Origin: Gordius albopunctatus
Taxonomy: Eukaryota
Length of the DNA: 64,000 nt
Direction: 5' to 3'
Assembly: GCA_964276515.1 (NCBI GenBank)
Contig: OZ193910.1
Coordinates: 6,696,001 to 6,760,000, forward strand
Below, piece after piece: positions 23,684-37,200 of this stretch (the stretch's first letter is position 1; each line of letters begins with the position of its first letter). Made by a program: the position numbers and the translations under genes. Below the pieces are notes generated by a model. It had not been told where the DNA came from and did not search any database. It was given only the letters and a program-made list of their open reading frames with translations.

Positions 23684-26600
23684 ATGACTATATTGCAATC
23701 TTTAATCCCTCGTAAAAAAAGACATATCAGCAAAGAAAAAAAGGTTTTTTCTCTAAAATTTTATTCACATATATTAAGGCTAATATTAAAATTAAAAGAT
23801 CACAAACTCTAAATGAACAAGAAGAAATTCCCTTACTCTTGGCTATTTCCACCTATTTTTGCTATGCCATTTTGATTATATTTGGCTATATAAGGGATGC
23901 ATTAAGAAAATATGGCTTTGAAAAAAGGCAACTAATGTGTGATGAAGAAACTAAGGTTGGTAATATCATTAATTTTTAATCAAAAATTGTTCACCTTGTT
24001 ATTAAGTCTTACATTACAATTTTAAGTTGCTAAATTATTGCTTATTTGCCTAATAAGTTTATAATCATTTCTTAGGTCTACATAACTTTTATAATATTTA
24101 TGCAAAAAATATATATAAAATTCATTTAATCCTAGTTTTGATTATTAAGAACCAAAATAAAGAGCATGATTTTTTAGTACAATTTCTTATCTTAGCAAGG
24201 TATCAGTTAATGTACATTTTTGATTCAAATTGATTAAAAAAATATTTTTTTAATTATTATTTTTCAACCTCTTTTTATTATATACAGATATTATACAAGA
24301 GTGTAACTATACAAAATAAATTTGCCTTTATCAAATAATTTAAATTAAATTTGATGATACTTAGTTTGATGTTTAATTACCACTATAAGACCTTCAACTT
24401 TTGGCAATGCATTTTGCCTTGTCTAGCATGCCATAATTTTTTTTTTAATTTTGACCTAATTTAATTCTTCTAAATATTTGTTTTTTATTACTATGCAATT
24501 TATGTTTTGTTCACTTATATAAGTTTGTAATTAATTTTCTTAATGATTTTTGAATATTTTTTGAAATAGACTAAGGATATAAACATTAAAAAAATTACAT
24601 GGAACTGAAAGCAGATAAATATTTATTGTAATAAATAGTTCAGGATAAATTTTCCATGAGCCTAACAAACTATATTATAGACCAGCTAATTATTAAACAA
24701 AATATATGCAGTATTTTTACATCTACATTTCTCTTAAAAACATTAAAAGGTAAGCAAAATTTTTTTCTTATAATCAAAATTTATAAACATATAGATGGCG
24801 TCAACGAGTAATATACATGTTTCCTCAAGGGTTGCAACCTAGGTTTTGATCATCACTAGCCTTGAGCATCTACGGCTAAATTTTCGCGCGAATCGGGTCG
24901 GTAGTTTTAGAATTAAGCCATTTTTTAAAACTATAAAAGGCCCATATTTTTAAAACTAAAAAGAATTTTAGCATTCTGAAAAAGCTATTTTACCCTGGCC
25001 GCCCTGGGCATCTACGGTTAAATTTTCGCGCGAATCGGGTCGGTAGTTTCAGAATTTAGCCCTTACATACATACATACACGCATACATAGACTTTACTTT
25101 ATATATATAGATTACCATTTAGGACTGTAAAATATTAATTCTTTTTGTATAACCTACACAAAAACAAAATAAAAAAATCGTTATGAATTGTTTTAATTAC
25201 CCATTATCGTCGGCATGGGGATGTTTATTTTTTATATAAATTTAGTTAAGGTCCATAAAAGTGATTTTTTAGCTTTTGCTTAGAGTTTTTCTCTTTTGGG
25301 TTATCTTTTCTTTATTATATAAAACCCGACCCAACTCAAATATTTTTTAAAAATTTTTACCCGATCTATTCCTGTTGACAATAAATCTCTTAAAAGTATT
25401 CCGTACGAGGGAAAGAATCTATTAAGGTTTATATTGCACTAGATGAACCCGGCAAACGTTGTTTTGCCATTTACCCGGGTGTATTAAATTATGTTGGAAT
25501 TTTAGGGCATATATGATGATAAAGCGGTTATTGAAGTAAAAATATAATTATAATTATTTGTTTATGAATAAAACTTTTAATTCTGAACTTAATAATGTTA
25601 AAAGAACTGAGATATAGCAACATTTATTGGCACTTTTTTAAAAGTATTTTCATTTTTCTCCTTATTTAACGCGCAAAAAATGACAAAATTAGATTTTTTA
25701 ATTTATTTAGCCACGCAGGAGGGGACACGACCGTCCTATAATAATAATAAATGACGTGAAAAATAAGCAAGAAAATGACTTTAATTTAATGTTTAAAATC
25801 GTAAAAAGTTTCCACTTTCCGCAGCACATGCCCACATTTATCACACTACACTACCTACACGCAGGACGGTCTAGAAAATACTATAAGTGATACACTTTTA
25901 TTAAAGAACTGTATATTCAAATTTTCAAAGAACACGATAGATACGCAGTACGTCATGAGGTTACGTTTGATTGACGTTTTATTAAACGGCAAAACATATA
26001 AAACAAACTAACTCAAAAACTACTGAACCGATTTGGCTTGAACATATCTTAAAACATCCTCCGGAGTGTGGGAATAAACTGTGAAATTTTGAGCCAAATC
26101 GGTCGGGTAGTTCTCCAAAATTGGTGGCGGCATACATACATATACATACATACATACATACATACATACATACATACATACATACATACATACATACATA
26201 CATACATACATACATACATACATACATACATACATACATACATACATACATACATACATACATACATACATACATACATACATACATACATACATACATA
26301 CATACATACATACATACATACATAGTTTAATTTTTATATATAAGATATACAGCCTTGAAAAATTGCTTTTCATAAACTCGACCCGAATTATATTTTTGTT
26401 TAAGTCTGACCTGACCTTGAGCTCGACTTTATTTGATAATTTACTATTTTAAACAAAAAATAATGATAGGCAGGGAGGATGGGGGTTATGAAAAGCTATA
26501 ATACGCGTACGCCTTACGTACGTTGTTTATAGTAGTGTTGTAAAAACGGCTGGGATTGTTTGGTCAACCTTTGGTTTTAGGCGACTAAGTTCTAACGGAC

Positions 26601-29600
26601 CAAAGGCTTGACCAAAAAATCTTTGGTCTGAGACCAAGAGAAATAAGCCAAACAATTTTGGGTCTGTTTATGTTTAGTCGCTTAAAACCAAAGGTTGACC
26701 AAACAATCCCAGCCGTTTTTACAACGCTAGTTTATAGATTAACTAGGCTGTTCTTTGTTGACTCGAGCTGAGGGTCGGCCCGAAATTAGCCCAAGTTTAG
26801 GACGACCTGTACTTTCAACCTAAATCTAACAAAATTACGAAGTGTTTGTTAATAAGCTCGTTATAATTAATATATTACAACACCCAGAAAGATATAAACT
26901 ATTTTTAATTAGGATTTTGTGCCGCTGTACTCCAACTTTGAGAGTTTCTACACGCGTAACATATATCTAAGATGTAGAGATGCACTCTCACAACCTATAT
27001 GCAGTACTCCAGGGGTTAAAATATTATACCTTGAAAGGATCAGCCACGACGAAAATTATACTTTCAAGTAATTTAAAATTTATTATTATCTTTGCAATAC
27101 TTTTATTTGCACTTATTAAGTGCTATCACAGTATATTTTGAAAACGTTTATTATCATACATTACATGGTATAATAATTTAAGCTAGTGTTGTAAAAACGG
27201 CTGGGTTTCGTTTCGTCGACCTTTGGTTTTAGTCGAATAAACATAAGCAGACCAAAAGTTTGACCAAAAACCTTTGGTCTGCTTATGCGGCTAAGAAAAG
27301 GAAAAATAGACCAAGAACATATGGTCTGTTTATGTTTAGTCGACTAAAAATGTCGATTAGGCACATTTACCTATAGACTAATAATTTATTCGCGGCTGCG
27401 CTCACTTCCTATCAAATTTTATTGATTTTTTTTATAAATGTTGTATTAAGTTTCATTTAATTAGTATTAATTTTTTAATGCACCGATATTATTTATCAAT
27501 TTTTAAAAATTCGTAGCCAGGATCACTTATGAATTTAGTTGAATTTTATAAAATATTTTTGTTTCTAAAATAAAAATTTTTAGGGTTTTGTTTTTTCCCT
27601 TTAAAATTAAATATGAATTTTTATAACCAAGATTTTATTTGATTTTAAGCAGATATATAAGTATTTATCAATTGTGTTAACAGAAACCTTTAATTACATT
27701 TTTTAATAAGAGAATATCAGTCAGTTATAATGAATCATTCAAACAACGACTGAAATTACTATGAAATAGTATATCAATTCAAAATCTAGTTGTAAGTTTG
27801 AATATTTAAATAAAAAATACTTTTTGGTCGAGTAGCATGTTACTTTAAAACTTTTGCCAACTTTGGGTCCAATTTAAATGATAATGATTTAGATCTTTTT
27901 TATAAAACCAATACTTCGTCTTCCTACAAATAAACTTTTTTATTTAAGAAAACATTTTAAAAAACGAGAAGAATATGCCGTATATTTTAAACTAATTCTT
28001 AACGAGCCTAAACCACTTGTTCAAATTAATCAAAAACTCGATATTATGTTACACTTTTCTTTTTGGTTGTGTTCTTCAAGTCGGATTTTGAAATGTTCGC
28101 AAAATCTGATAAACCAATATTAAATAAAACTCTCCCTCAGCGATTTGACTATCAAAAAAATAGTTTTGGCCTCATCACTTATTTTTAAACAAATATGATA
28201 AGATTCACCGGGAAAAAATTAGAGGCTATAAATTTTGGATCTTACAACTATTTGGGTTTCGCTGAAAACTCAGGGCACTGCATAGATACCGTTGATAAAT
28301 CAATACAAGAAAATGGATTGGGAGTGTGTGGATCTAGGCAAGAAATAGGTAAAAGGCAATTCTCATCCATTTATTTATTCTAACCTACTTAGTTGCATGT
28401 AGTGTTGTAAAAACGCCTGGGTTTTGTTTGATCGTACTTTGGTTTTAGTCGAATAAACATAAACGGACCAAAAGTTTAACCAAAAAACATTTGGTCCTTC
28501 ATGAGACTATGAAAAATAGACCAAAAAAGCTATTGTAAAACCAATGGTCGACCAAACAGAACCCAGCCGTTTTTACAGCACTAGTTGTATGATGGATATT
28601 TAAGGAAATAAATATTACAAATTTTCCCATGCTATAGGCATAACTAGTTTGCAACAAAAATTGGAAGTTCTGACAGCAAAATTTCTAGGCACCGAAGATG
28701 CTTTAATATTTCCAATGGGGTTTGCCACTAATTCCAACAACATTCCATCTATTGTTGGAAAGGTACGTTCATATCTTATAAACATTAATTTGAACCATGA
28801 AAGGGTTCATTGATTTTAAGTGACAAGCTGAATCATGCCTCGATCGCATTGGGTTGTAGATTATCTGGAGCCATCATTAAAACTTTTGAGCACAATGGTA
28901 ATAAATTCGAAATTTACCCTAATTTTGCACCACACCTTTAATTCTCTACTTCTTTAAAAGAGTGTTATATATTCTGACTGAGTTTATTATGGTTAATGCC
29001 AATCTTAAACCTAAATAAAGAAAACTACAGTTAATCGTTATATAAACACTTATGAAAAGTTTGAGTTACTCAGGCAACCTGAGGGTTCAGGTTCGGGCGT
29101 TCTAAAACCTTACCAGGCTTTTGAACACCCGAACCTTAACCTGAGGTTGATCCCGAAAATCAACCTGAAAAACCTTCAGGTCAATTTTATCCCCAACCTG
29201 AAACCCAGGTTGACCTCAGGTTAACCTGATAAAAATCTCTTGTTTTATGCGATAAATTTAAGAATAAATTTTTATTTTACTTTAACTATTTTCCTTTTTC
29301 AAGATGCGTCAAACTTTTTAAATATTTACAATTTTAAATGAAGAAAAAATAGGTTTTGGTTATTATTTAAAAAAAAATAAGATTTTTTTTATATAAAAAT
29401 TTAATTAATTGTTAAACATGTATATTACTCGATGACGCCATCTATATGTTTATAAATTTTAATAAACATATCCCAACACTTTATTTATCAAAATTTATAA
29501 ACATATAGATGGCGTCATCGAGTAATATACATGTTTAACAATTAAATTTTTATATAAAAAAATCTTATTTTTTTTTTAAATATTAACCAAAAACTATTTT

Positions 29601-32600
29601 TTCTTCATTTAAAATTGTAAATATTTAAAAAGTTTGACGCATCTTGAAAAAGGAAAATAGTTAAAGTAAAATAAAAATTTATTCTTAAATTTATCGCATA
29701 AAACAAGAGATTTTTCTCAGGTTAACCTGAGGTCAACCTGGGTTTCAGGTTGGGGATAAAATTGACCTGAAGGTTTTTCAGGTTGATTTTCGGGATAAAC
29801 CTCAGGTTAAGGTTCGGGTGTTCAAAAACCTTACCAAGTTTTTCAACACCCGAACCTAAAACCGACCTGAGGTTGGACCTCGGGAAAACCTGACCTAGGT
29901 TTTGATCATCACTACTAGTTATTATAGTGTCTCTACATTAATAAGTATTCTTAGCGACTTCCTTACAAAATAAAGCGATACAGAATCACTAAAATTGTTA
30001 AAATCAATAAATTATTAATTTAAAATTATTTATTTTTACTTACTAATCCAATATCTATTAATTCTTAATTTTTGTACATATCACGTAGTGAACTAAAATT
30101 TTAATCTTTCAAACGTTTTTTAGATATCCTGATTTTAATATTTAAGCAACCAATAGCCACCATTTAAATCTCTATCAATTACAGATCCTTAAGCTTTTGT
30201 TGGGACATTTCTAGGTAGCAAGCAGTAGAATTTATAGGACTAAAATGATAAAGTTGTGCGTTGTGTTCAGTAGAGTTAAATATTTTTAAGATCAAAAGAG
30301 TTATATCCCCGTTTCGAGCCGACAATTTTAAAATTAAGATTTGTTAACCCCCATTTATCTGGAATATTTACATAACACGTGAAAAACTATAATTGATGTT
30401 ATTTTAAAAATTCTTCACAATAAGGTTTTAAACTAATCTAAACCCAACCTAATTCGATTCGTAAAAATATTACCTCGCCCAAACTCGAATCAACTTTTAG
30501 ACTGGAAGACACGAAGGATTCTAATTGTGAAACTAAATTAATTATGTTATTATAATCTTTTGATATGATACTCCTATAGAATTTAATGTTTTACCTGGGG
30601 AAATAAAGGATATAAAATGAATTAAGATTTACTTGATTTAAAATTGTATTTGAACATACTTTAGCAGCACATCAGTTTAAATTAATTTCTTAATAGATAT
30701 GAAGGATTTAGAAATGAAATTAAAAGAATATATCGTTATCGGGCAACCAAGAACACATAGGCCTTGGAAAAAGATCATGATCGTTGTAGAAGGTGTTTAT
30801 AGGTATAATATCCTTTTAAACGTTTTTAAAGAAGCCAGCGCAAATTCTAAATACTCGCTATTATTATTATTATTATTATTATTATTTGTATAACAAATAA
30901 TTTTATCCGAAGTGTTACAAATTAAAATGTCATACAATTTTACCATATTAGTGCAGAATATTTTATTCCGTTGAATCTATTTGACACCTCACCGATGATC
31001 AACGCTGCTTAATACTTTTAATAGAGTTTGTAAACTATTTCATCTAACGCTTACGGTGTACGCTTTTTTAAATTATATCTACCTTTGCATCAAAGCTATC
31101 AGAGGGGTTCGCATAGATGAATCATCTTATATAAAAGATTTAAATCTAATCCAGTCTAACTCCTGATTGCAAAATAGCCTTATTTCAATTTTTTTCGAGA
31201 GGTTGAGACACTTTGTTTAAAATGAATATTTTTATTTATTTGAATCCTCCTAACTAAAGCTAATAATAAAATAAGTTGTGAGCAATCATTTAAACACCAG
31301 CCATATATGACCGGAATCAAGTTAAATTGCGACTTTTTAAAATAATACAGAGGAGTCACAATCAACTTTAAAAATAAGAGGCTTTTAAAAATGTATCATG
31401 ATTTTTGAATTTAGCATCCTTTACATATTCTTATATGGCGTTTAGCATGGAGGGTACAATCGTAAACTTGCCCGAAGTAATGCGATTGAAAAAAAAATAC
31501 CAAGCTTACCTGTATTTAGACGAAGCTCATAGTATAGGAGCAATTGGAACGAATGGTAGAGGCGTTACTGATTATTACAATATCGATCCCCGGGACGTTG
31601 ATATAATGATGGGAACTTTTACAAAAAGTTTTGCAGCTGCGGGTGGTTATATCGCTGGATCTAGGGTATATATTTAAATACTTTTTTTTAAATTTAAGGT
31701 CCTTAGGTTATAAAAATCAGCCACTGCTTGAGGTATAGATAACATAGATTGCCCCTCTTATATAAATTGGAAGCTCTAAAGTGTCCCAATTGTTTACAAC
31801 TACATCGTTGTTAACATGGGAAAAAGTATATTCTTGCCTTATAAGTTGACAAATACATCTATTTTAATTTTGTGTTGTGACACTTTCCATGTTAAATCGC
31901 CAAGTTTATGCCAAGCTCTCAGGTTTTTATGAAATTTGGTGAGAATGTAAAAACTATTATATTATTAAATTTCACTCAAAGGTCAAAATCGGTCTTTTCG
32001 ACTTTGTTTTATTACGCTTAATACATTAATTTTCAAATTCACCCCCTAATCATAGCATCTTGTAGTGACAGGTATGACCCCTCTCCATACAAAAACAATA
32101 CCAATCATTGGTTAATAAAAGCCGAATGAAATTTTAAGCAAACGTTTTTTACCACTCACGGAGAAAGAGTTGGACGATTATTTAAAGGCAAATATTGTAC
32201 ATTTATTACTTTTGGCGCCAAGGCCACACAAAAAATTCTCAAGTTAGCAATTTTATATTATAAATATCTATATTAATAGTAATTTTGTTATGAGTTAGCG
32301 CTATCACTCCGACCTCCCCCTCTATCTATATAATAAAAAACGTTCTTATAGCGAGTAGGCTACAAAATAGTTTTTTTTATTTTATTTGTAAAACAGCTAT
32401 AAAATATTTATTAAACTAAAAGGATTAAAGACAGGCCTTAAAAATTTGCACCTGTTAATACAAATATATTCTCTTTTAGCTCGTGGTAATTAATTTCAAT
32501 CTCAATTTTTGGTAATCTTAACTTTATTCCAAATTATACGGTTAATAAAATAGTAAGTGTTGCAATCCTTTTAGGATCCATGGTATAGGTTAAGACATTC

Positions 32601-34042
32601 GTAAATTAAGTCCACGGATGAACTTAAATCTATGTTATAAAATATGCACCCCGTGTCTCAAACTTTTGAAAGTTCAGGCTAACCCCCAACTTCGAGGGCC
32701 GTTTAATAAGGAATTCCACTCGATGGAGGAAAATTTTTATATTAAAGTGATACATCACTTGAAACCCTTAATCGATGCCTCTAATTGAAATGTCACCTAT
32801 CAAGAAAAAGAAATGATTCCAAATGGTGGTTAGCCATGGGTTCAGACAAAAATTATTAGTTAATGTTTCCCATGCATGGGGGAAGGGTTGGGTTAGTCGT
32901 GCTAATTCATAGAAAAAATAGTATTGTATAGATACCTATTATATACGATTTCTAACTAGCGAAGATGGATTTGTTGCGTGGTAATTTTGGCTCCAAGGGT
33001 AATAAAAACACTTATTCGGGTTTTTTAAATAATCGCCTAATTCTCTCCATTTTTTCATTATAAGTGGTAGAAATATTTGCTTAAAATTTTTATGGTTTAG
33101 AACGGTTAAAATATTTTGGCAATTAGCCTTTATTGACAAGACGACAAAAAAAATTCCGTGGAGGCAGATTTTACCTGTCACTATAATAAGATTTTATGAT
33201 TATATGTTAAATAATTTAATAATATCAATAATTTCTACATTCCTACCAAATTTCATTGAAATTGACTTTCTATATAAGTTAAAAATTATTTAAAAAACGT
33301 CATATAAATAGTAATATTCAATTTTGCCTTCACTCTATCCCTACCCTCTAAAAATCATAGTTTATCTAATTTATTGTGAAAAAAAGACGTGATAATTGTA
33401 ATTTTGTATTTTTATCGTTAGAATATCATAGCTCATATTCGAACACATTCCCATAGTGCCAACTATGGCTCGGGTATATCAGGGCCCGTAGTACAGCAAA
33501 TAATAACGAGTATGGAAACTATAATGGGACTGGATGGAAGTCAAGAGGGTTTTTTAAAACACTATTCTTTAATCGATTAATAGGCATACGACGCATTAAT
33601 GACTTAAAGCTCAATTCTCAATACCTAAGGGCTAGTTTGATTAAAATGGGATTTCACGTGATAGGCGATAAGGATTCACCCGTTATTCCTGTCTACCTTT
33701 ATTTCCCAACAAAAATAGCGTAAGTTTTCATACAACTTTCCCTTTTAATGACAAATTATATTTTAGGTCGTTTTATCGCGAGATGCTTAAACGAGGTATA
33801 GCTTGTGTGACAGTGGGATTTCCTGCCACAAATATTATCGGCGCTCGGGTGAGATTTTGCCTATCTGCTGGTCATACTAGGGAAATGCTTGATAAGGTGA
33901 GCCGTAATGAGCTATACCTTATGTAGTTTATATTTAGTGCTTGAAAGAAATGGATGAAGTTGGCGATTTATTTTCTATAAAATACAAATTGCAAAGATCT
34001 TACCTCCCAATTAATTTATGGAACAAAAGTCACGTTGAATAA
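23684..34042 (+). CDS. SPTLC2: Serine palmitoyltransferase long-chain-base subunit 2/3 (LCB2, lace-like), 12 exons
   Basis: Exons 23684-23743, 23779-23955, 26913-27067, 28203-28348, 28638-28762, 28804-28897, 30697-30802, 31446-31665, 33422-33548, 33584-33719, 33767-33896, 33938-34042 join in frame with GT-AG introns. Motifs [31 protein letters not shown] and the PLP-lysine GTFTKSF. Exon 1 is the least certain. Confidence 0.95.
24860..25112 (-). mobile_element. Helitron-like 5' fragment
   Basis: Minus strand begins A|TCTATATATATAAAAG followed by TATG repeats. Internal ~50-bp direct repeat (CATCTACGG...GGGTCGGTAG). Confidence 0.55.
25439..26345 (-). mobile_element. Non-autonomous Helitron in SPT intron 2
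   Basis: 5' TC, 3' hairpin GGCAAAACAACGTTTGCC then GGGTTCATCTAG, inserted between A and T with no TSD. Related pieces at 56850-57112 and 59815-60060. Confidence 0.88.
26131..26323. repeat. (TACA)n microsatellite
   Basis: About 190 bp of near-perfect CATA repeats inside the Helitron. Confidence 0.99.
26533..26729. mobile_element. hAT MITE, TAGTGTTGTAAAAACGG family
   Basis: Long TIRs and 8-bp TSD GTTTATAG. A truncated copy lies at 27184-27350. Confidence 0.9.
28400..28583. mobile_element. hAT MITE, TAGTGTTGTAAAAACGG family
   Basis: TIRs present, TSD GTTGCATG/GTTGTATG. Confidence 0.88.
29070..29915. mobile_element. Fold-back element with ~345-bp near-perfect inverted arms (SPT intron 6)
   Basis: 29118-29460 is the reverse complement of 29490-29827. 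AACCTGA repeats throughout. Right end TTTTGATCATCACTA is hAT-like. A deleted relative lies at 24775-24860. Confidence 0.85.
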
Positions 34043-34263
34043 GGGAACATAAAACATCATTAATAATCTCATATCTACAAAAATGGATGTATTTGTTTCA
34101 GCTTTTTGTTTTTGTAACCGTTTAGCTTTTATAAACGTTTTTTGTTAACTTACAATAATTTATAATAAAGTTATGTTATTTATAAAACAAATTGGCATTT
34201 GTAACAAAAATTGAGCAACATAATATTATGATAAATGTGACGGGTGGTGTGAGTAGAATAAAT

Positions 34264-37200
34264 TTATAGTTTATAAGAGCTCCATCTTAAATCGTCACTT
34301 TTATCGGTCAAATATCTTTGTCCAACTTGATTTTCGAGCGACCTTAAATTTTTCCAAGTTTCGTAATCCTGCAAAAAATGGTAAGTAAAGGATTATAAGT
34401 TTACTTGTAACCAGGGATGCATTAAGCATTTGTTCACCGAATATCTTAAACGAATTTTGACGCGTAGCAAATTATTTATCAGATCGATAGCGTTAGCGCT
34501 TATGTTATCCCATTGATTTTTGGGATACATGAAGGAAGCATTTTGTATTTGGTCATTTATGTCCTCTTCTTCGTTAAACGGGAAAGTCCCACTCAAACTA
34601 ATGGTAATATGTTGGACATAAATAAAATTAAATAATTGGACATACCTCACGTAGATAATTACGCCAACAGACCACATATCAAGTGACCGATTATAGCCCT
34701 GATTGCGTAAAACTTCGGGGGCTAATTGTAAAGTAAAAATACATAACAAATTTTTTATGCAAAGCATAAACAGCAAGTCTAGAAAATTAATACCTAAGTA
34801 TGCAGGTGTACCAACAATTGATCGGCGAAACGATTTTTCCCCGATAATTCTAGCAAACCCAAAATCACATAGTTTGACCTATAATAAATCATGCACATAA
34901 ATAATTGAGAAAAATTGGAAATTAGGATGGTAAACGGGTAAAGCCAATAATTTAAATAATTAAGAATTATATAAGTACCTATTTCATTAACTAATAATGG
35001 TCATATATTAAAAATAAGTTAATTCAAATAATTGATTAAACCTTGGGAAAATATTTTTAGTTGAAAATCGACCGCAAAATAAATCATTTAATTAGCATTG
35101 CAGCCATGGGCGTAGTTAAGGGGCGACTGACCCGCTCTAATTTATTAAGATTGTGACTACAATTTTAAAAATAATTATTTTGCCCCTTTATAATTCAAAT
35201 GCTGGCTAAGCCCATTATTGCAGCCAGTAATATCAAATGGTCTGCTTCACACATAACCTAGTTATTTTTATGACTATATTTTATAACCTGAACAAATGCA
35301 AACTTATATTAAAAATTTATAATATATTCATTATAAACATCCTAAATGATTTATGATTATTGGTTGAACTTAACCTTATATGTTTTAAAACATTATAGAA
35401 AAATTTCCAAAGTTAAAATTAAATGTGAAACTAAATTTTAGTTTCGCCTCAATTTTAGTTGCCTTTAGATGTCTTTTTTTATTAAGGAAAAATGTATTTA
35501 AAAAATTTTTGCGCCCAAACCAGATGTAATTTTGTATTTTAAATATCAGAGAGTTTTAAATTTATTGCACCTTACCTATATAATGATCCTTACAATTGGG
35601 TCTTTGAATTACACAAATTGCAGATACCAATGTAACTTTAGCGATGCATGTTTTTTTAACAAAGTATGTGCTAATATAACGTTTTTGGCTCAAACAAGTT
35701 ATTAATTTAAATTATGACTTTTAAAATCAGATTAAATTTATACCCTATTTTTAAATTTTTCTTTACCTCCATAGGTTGGCAATAAATTATTGTTTTAATT
35801 TATAGTTTTGCAGTCGTTGCATGTTAACGCTAAGTCTAGAACCAATTCAAAATTTATAGAAGTATTTTTAAATTAAATCTCATTTCTATGACTTTATTTG
35901 CTAAACCTGAGAGGGAAGATTTTTTGCAAAAGTTTATGGGTTCTTAAAATAATTATTCTATCTAATAAGATATTGCGTAAGGTTTCTGGTCAGTGTTCCT
36001 TCATATATTGGGTAAAATATCCTATTCAATTCAATATTATATGTTAGGTACTTTTTGGGTATAAGCGTTAAAAAATTTAAAATTCGGTAGAATATGTCAT
36101 TTAGACTATGTTTTGGATAAAGTTTTATACGAAAAAATAGGTAATTATGACCGTTGTGTACATATATATAGAATATTTTTTTAAACTTGTATAGCTGATG
36201 GTATAAAATTAAAGACGAGGATATTTTTTATAATGTGAAAATTGTTTAAATCAAAATAATTGGTAAGAATCATAATTTTACAATATCATCATCCTTTGTA
36301 AATTTTAATATTAAAATAACTTGTAATGGAATATCTTGCAAACGATTGAACGTTAGTAGCTTATTTGCTAACAACTACTTTATTAAATTCATTTTTATAA
36401 CTGGCACTCTTTTCATGATAAAAAAAGAAAGATAAAAAATGTAGCCCCTTTATATTATTTTTAATTCAGGTTTCTGTCGCTTGCAGTCAACACTTGTGCC
36501 CTCCCCCTATTAAAATTCTAGCTAGGACATTGGCTAGAGCGTAAAATTAGTCGCCACAGCCGTTATATAATACTACGGCAAATTAAAAGAATTTTGTACC
36601 AAAAAATGGTTAGGATTAATGTCCCGCTAATTAAAAATTATACATGCATTGAACGGGGGAATTAATCGTTTATATTTAATAAATTACTGCGCTCTTGATT
36701 CTGATTAAATTTAATGGCAAAAATTAATCAATTGATCTGACAGGAAATAAATTTTTGGATAGTTTAATTTAAATAAAATGTTTACTGATTTTTAAATTGT
36801 AATAATAAGATTGTCCCTTTTGGCAAAAAGCTTATATTCAAACTTAAATAACAAACTCTCAAGTTACTGATATATATTAAAATTAGCAAAGTGGGTATTA
36901 TAGAGCAAAAAAGGTTTGCAGAAGCTTAAAAATGTTTAGTTTTAGTTAAGGCCAAATGTAATCAACGAGAGTGATTTTAAATTAATATAACCATGCATCA
37001 AATACTTGTGGAAAATCGGAATATGAGGATAACAAAACATTTTCCGGTTTGAGATCGCAATGCACTATATTGTTTATGTGCAAATATCTAAGGGCGATTA
37101 ATATCTAACATTACAAATTATTACACTTTAAAATATGATGATTACCTGATATACTAAGAATTTGGTTGTTTGTTCATGTAAATTACCACGGGGATTGTTT

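Noticed and set aside
25982..26373. MYVC/HTYI repeat ORFs
   Set aside because: Translations of the (TACA)n microsatellite.
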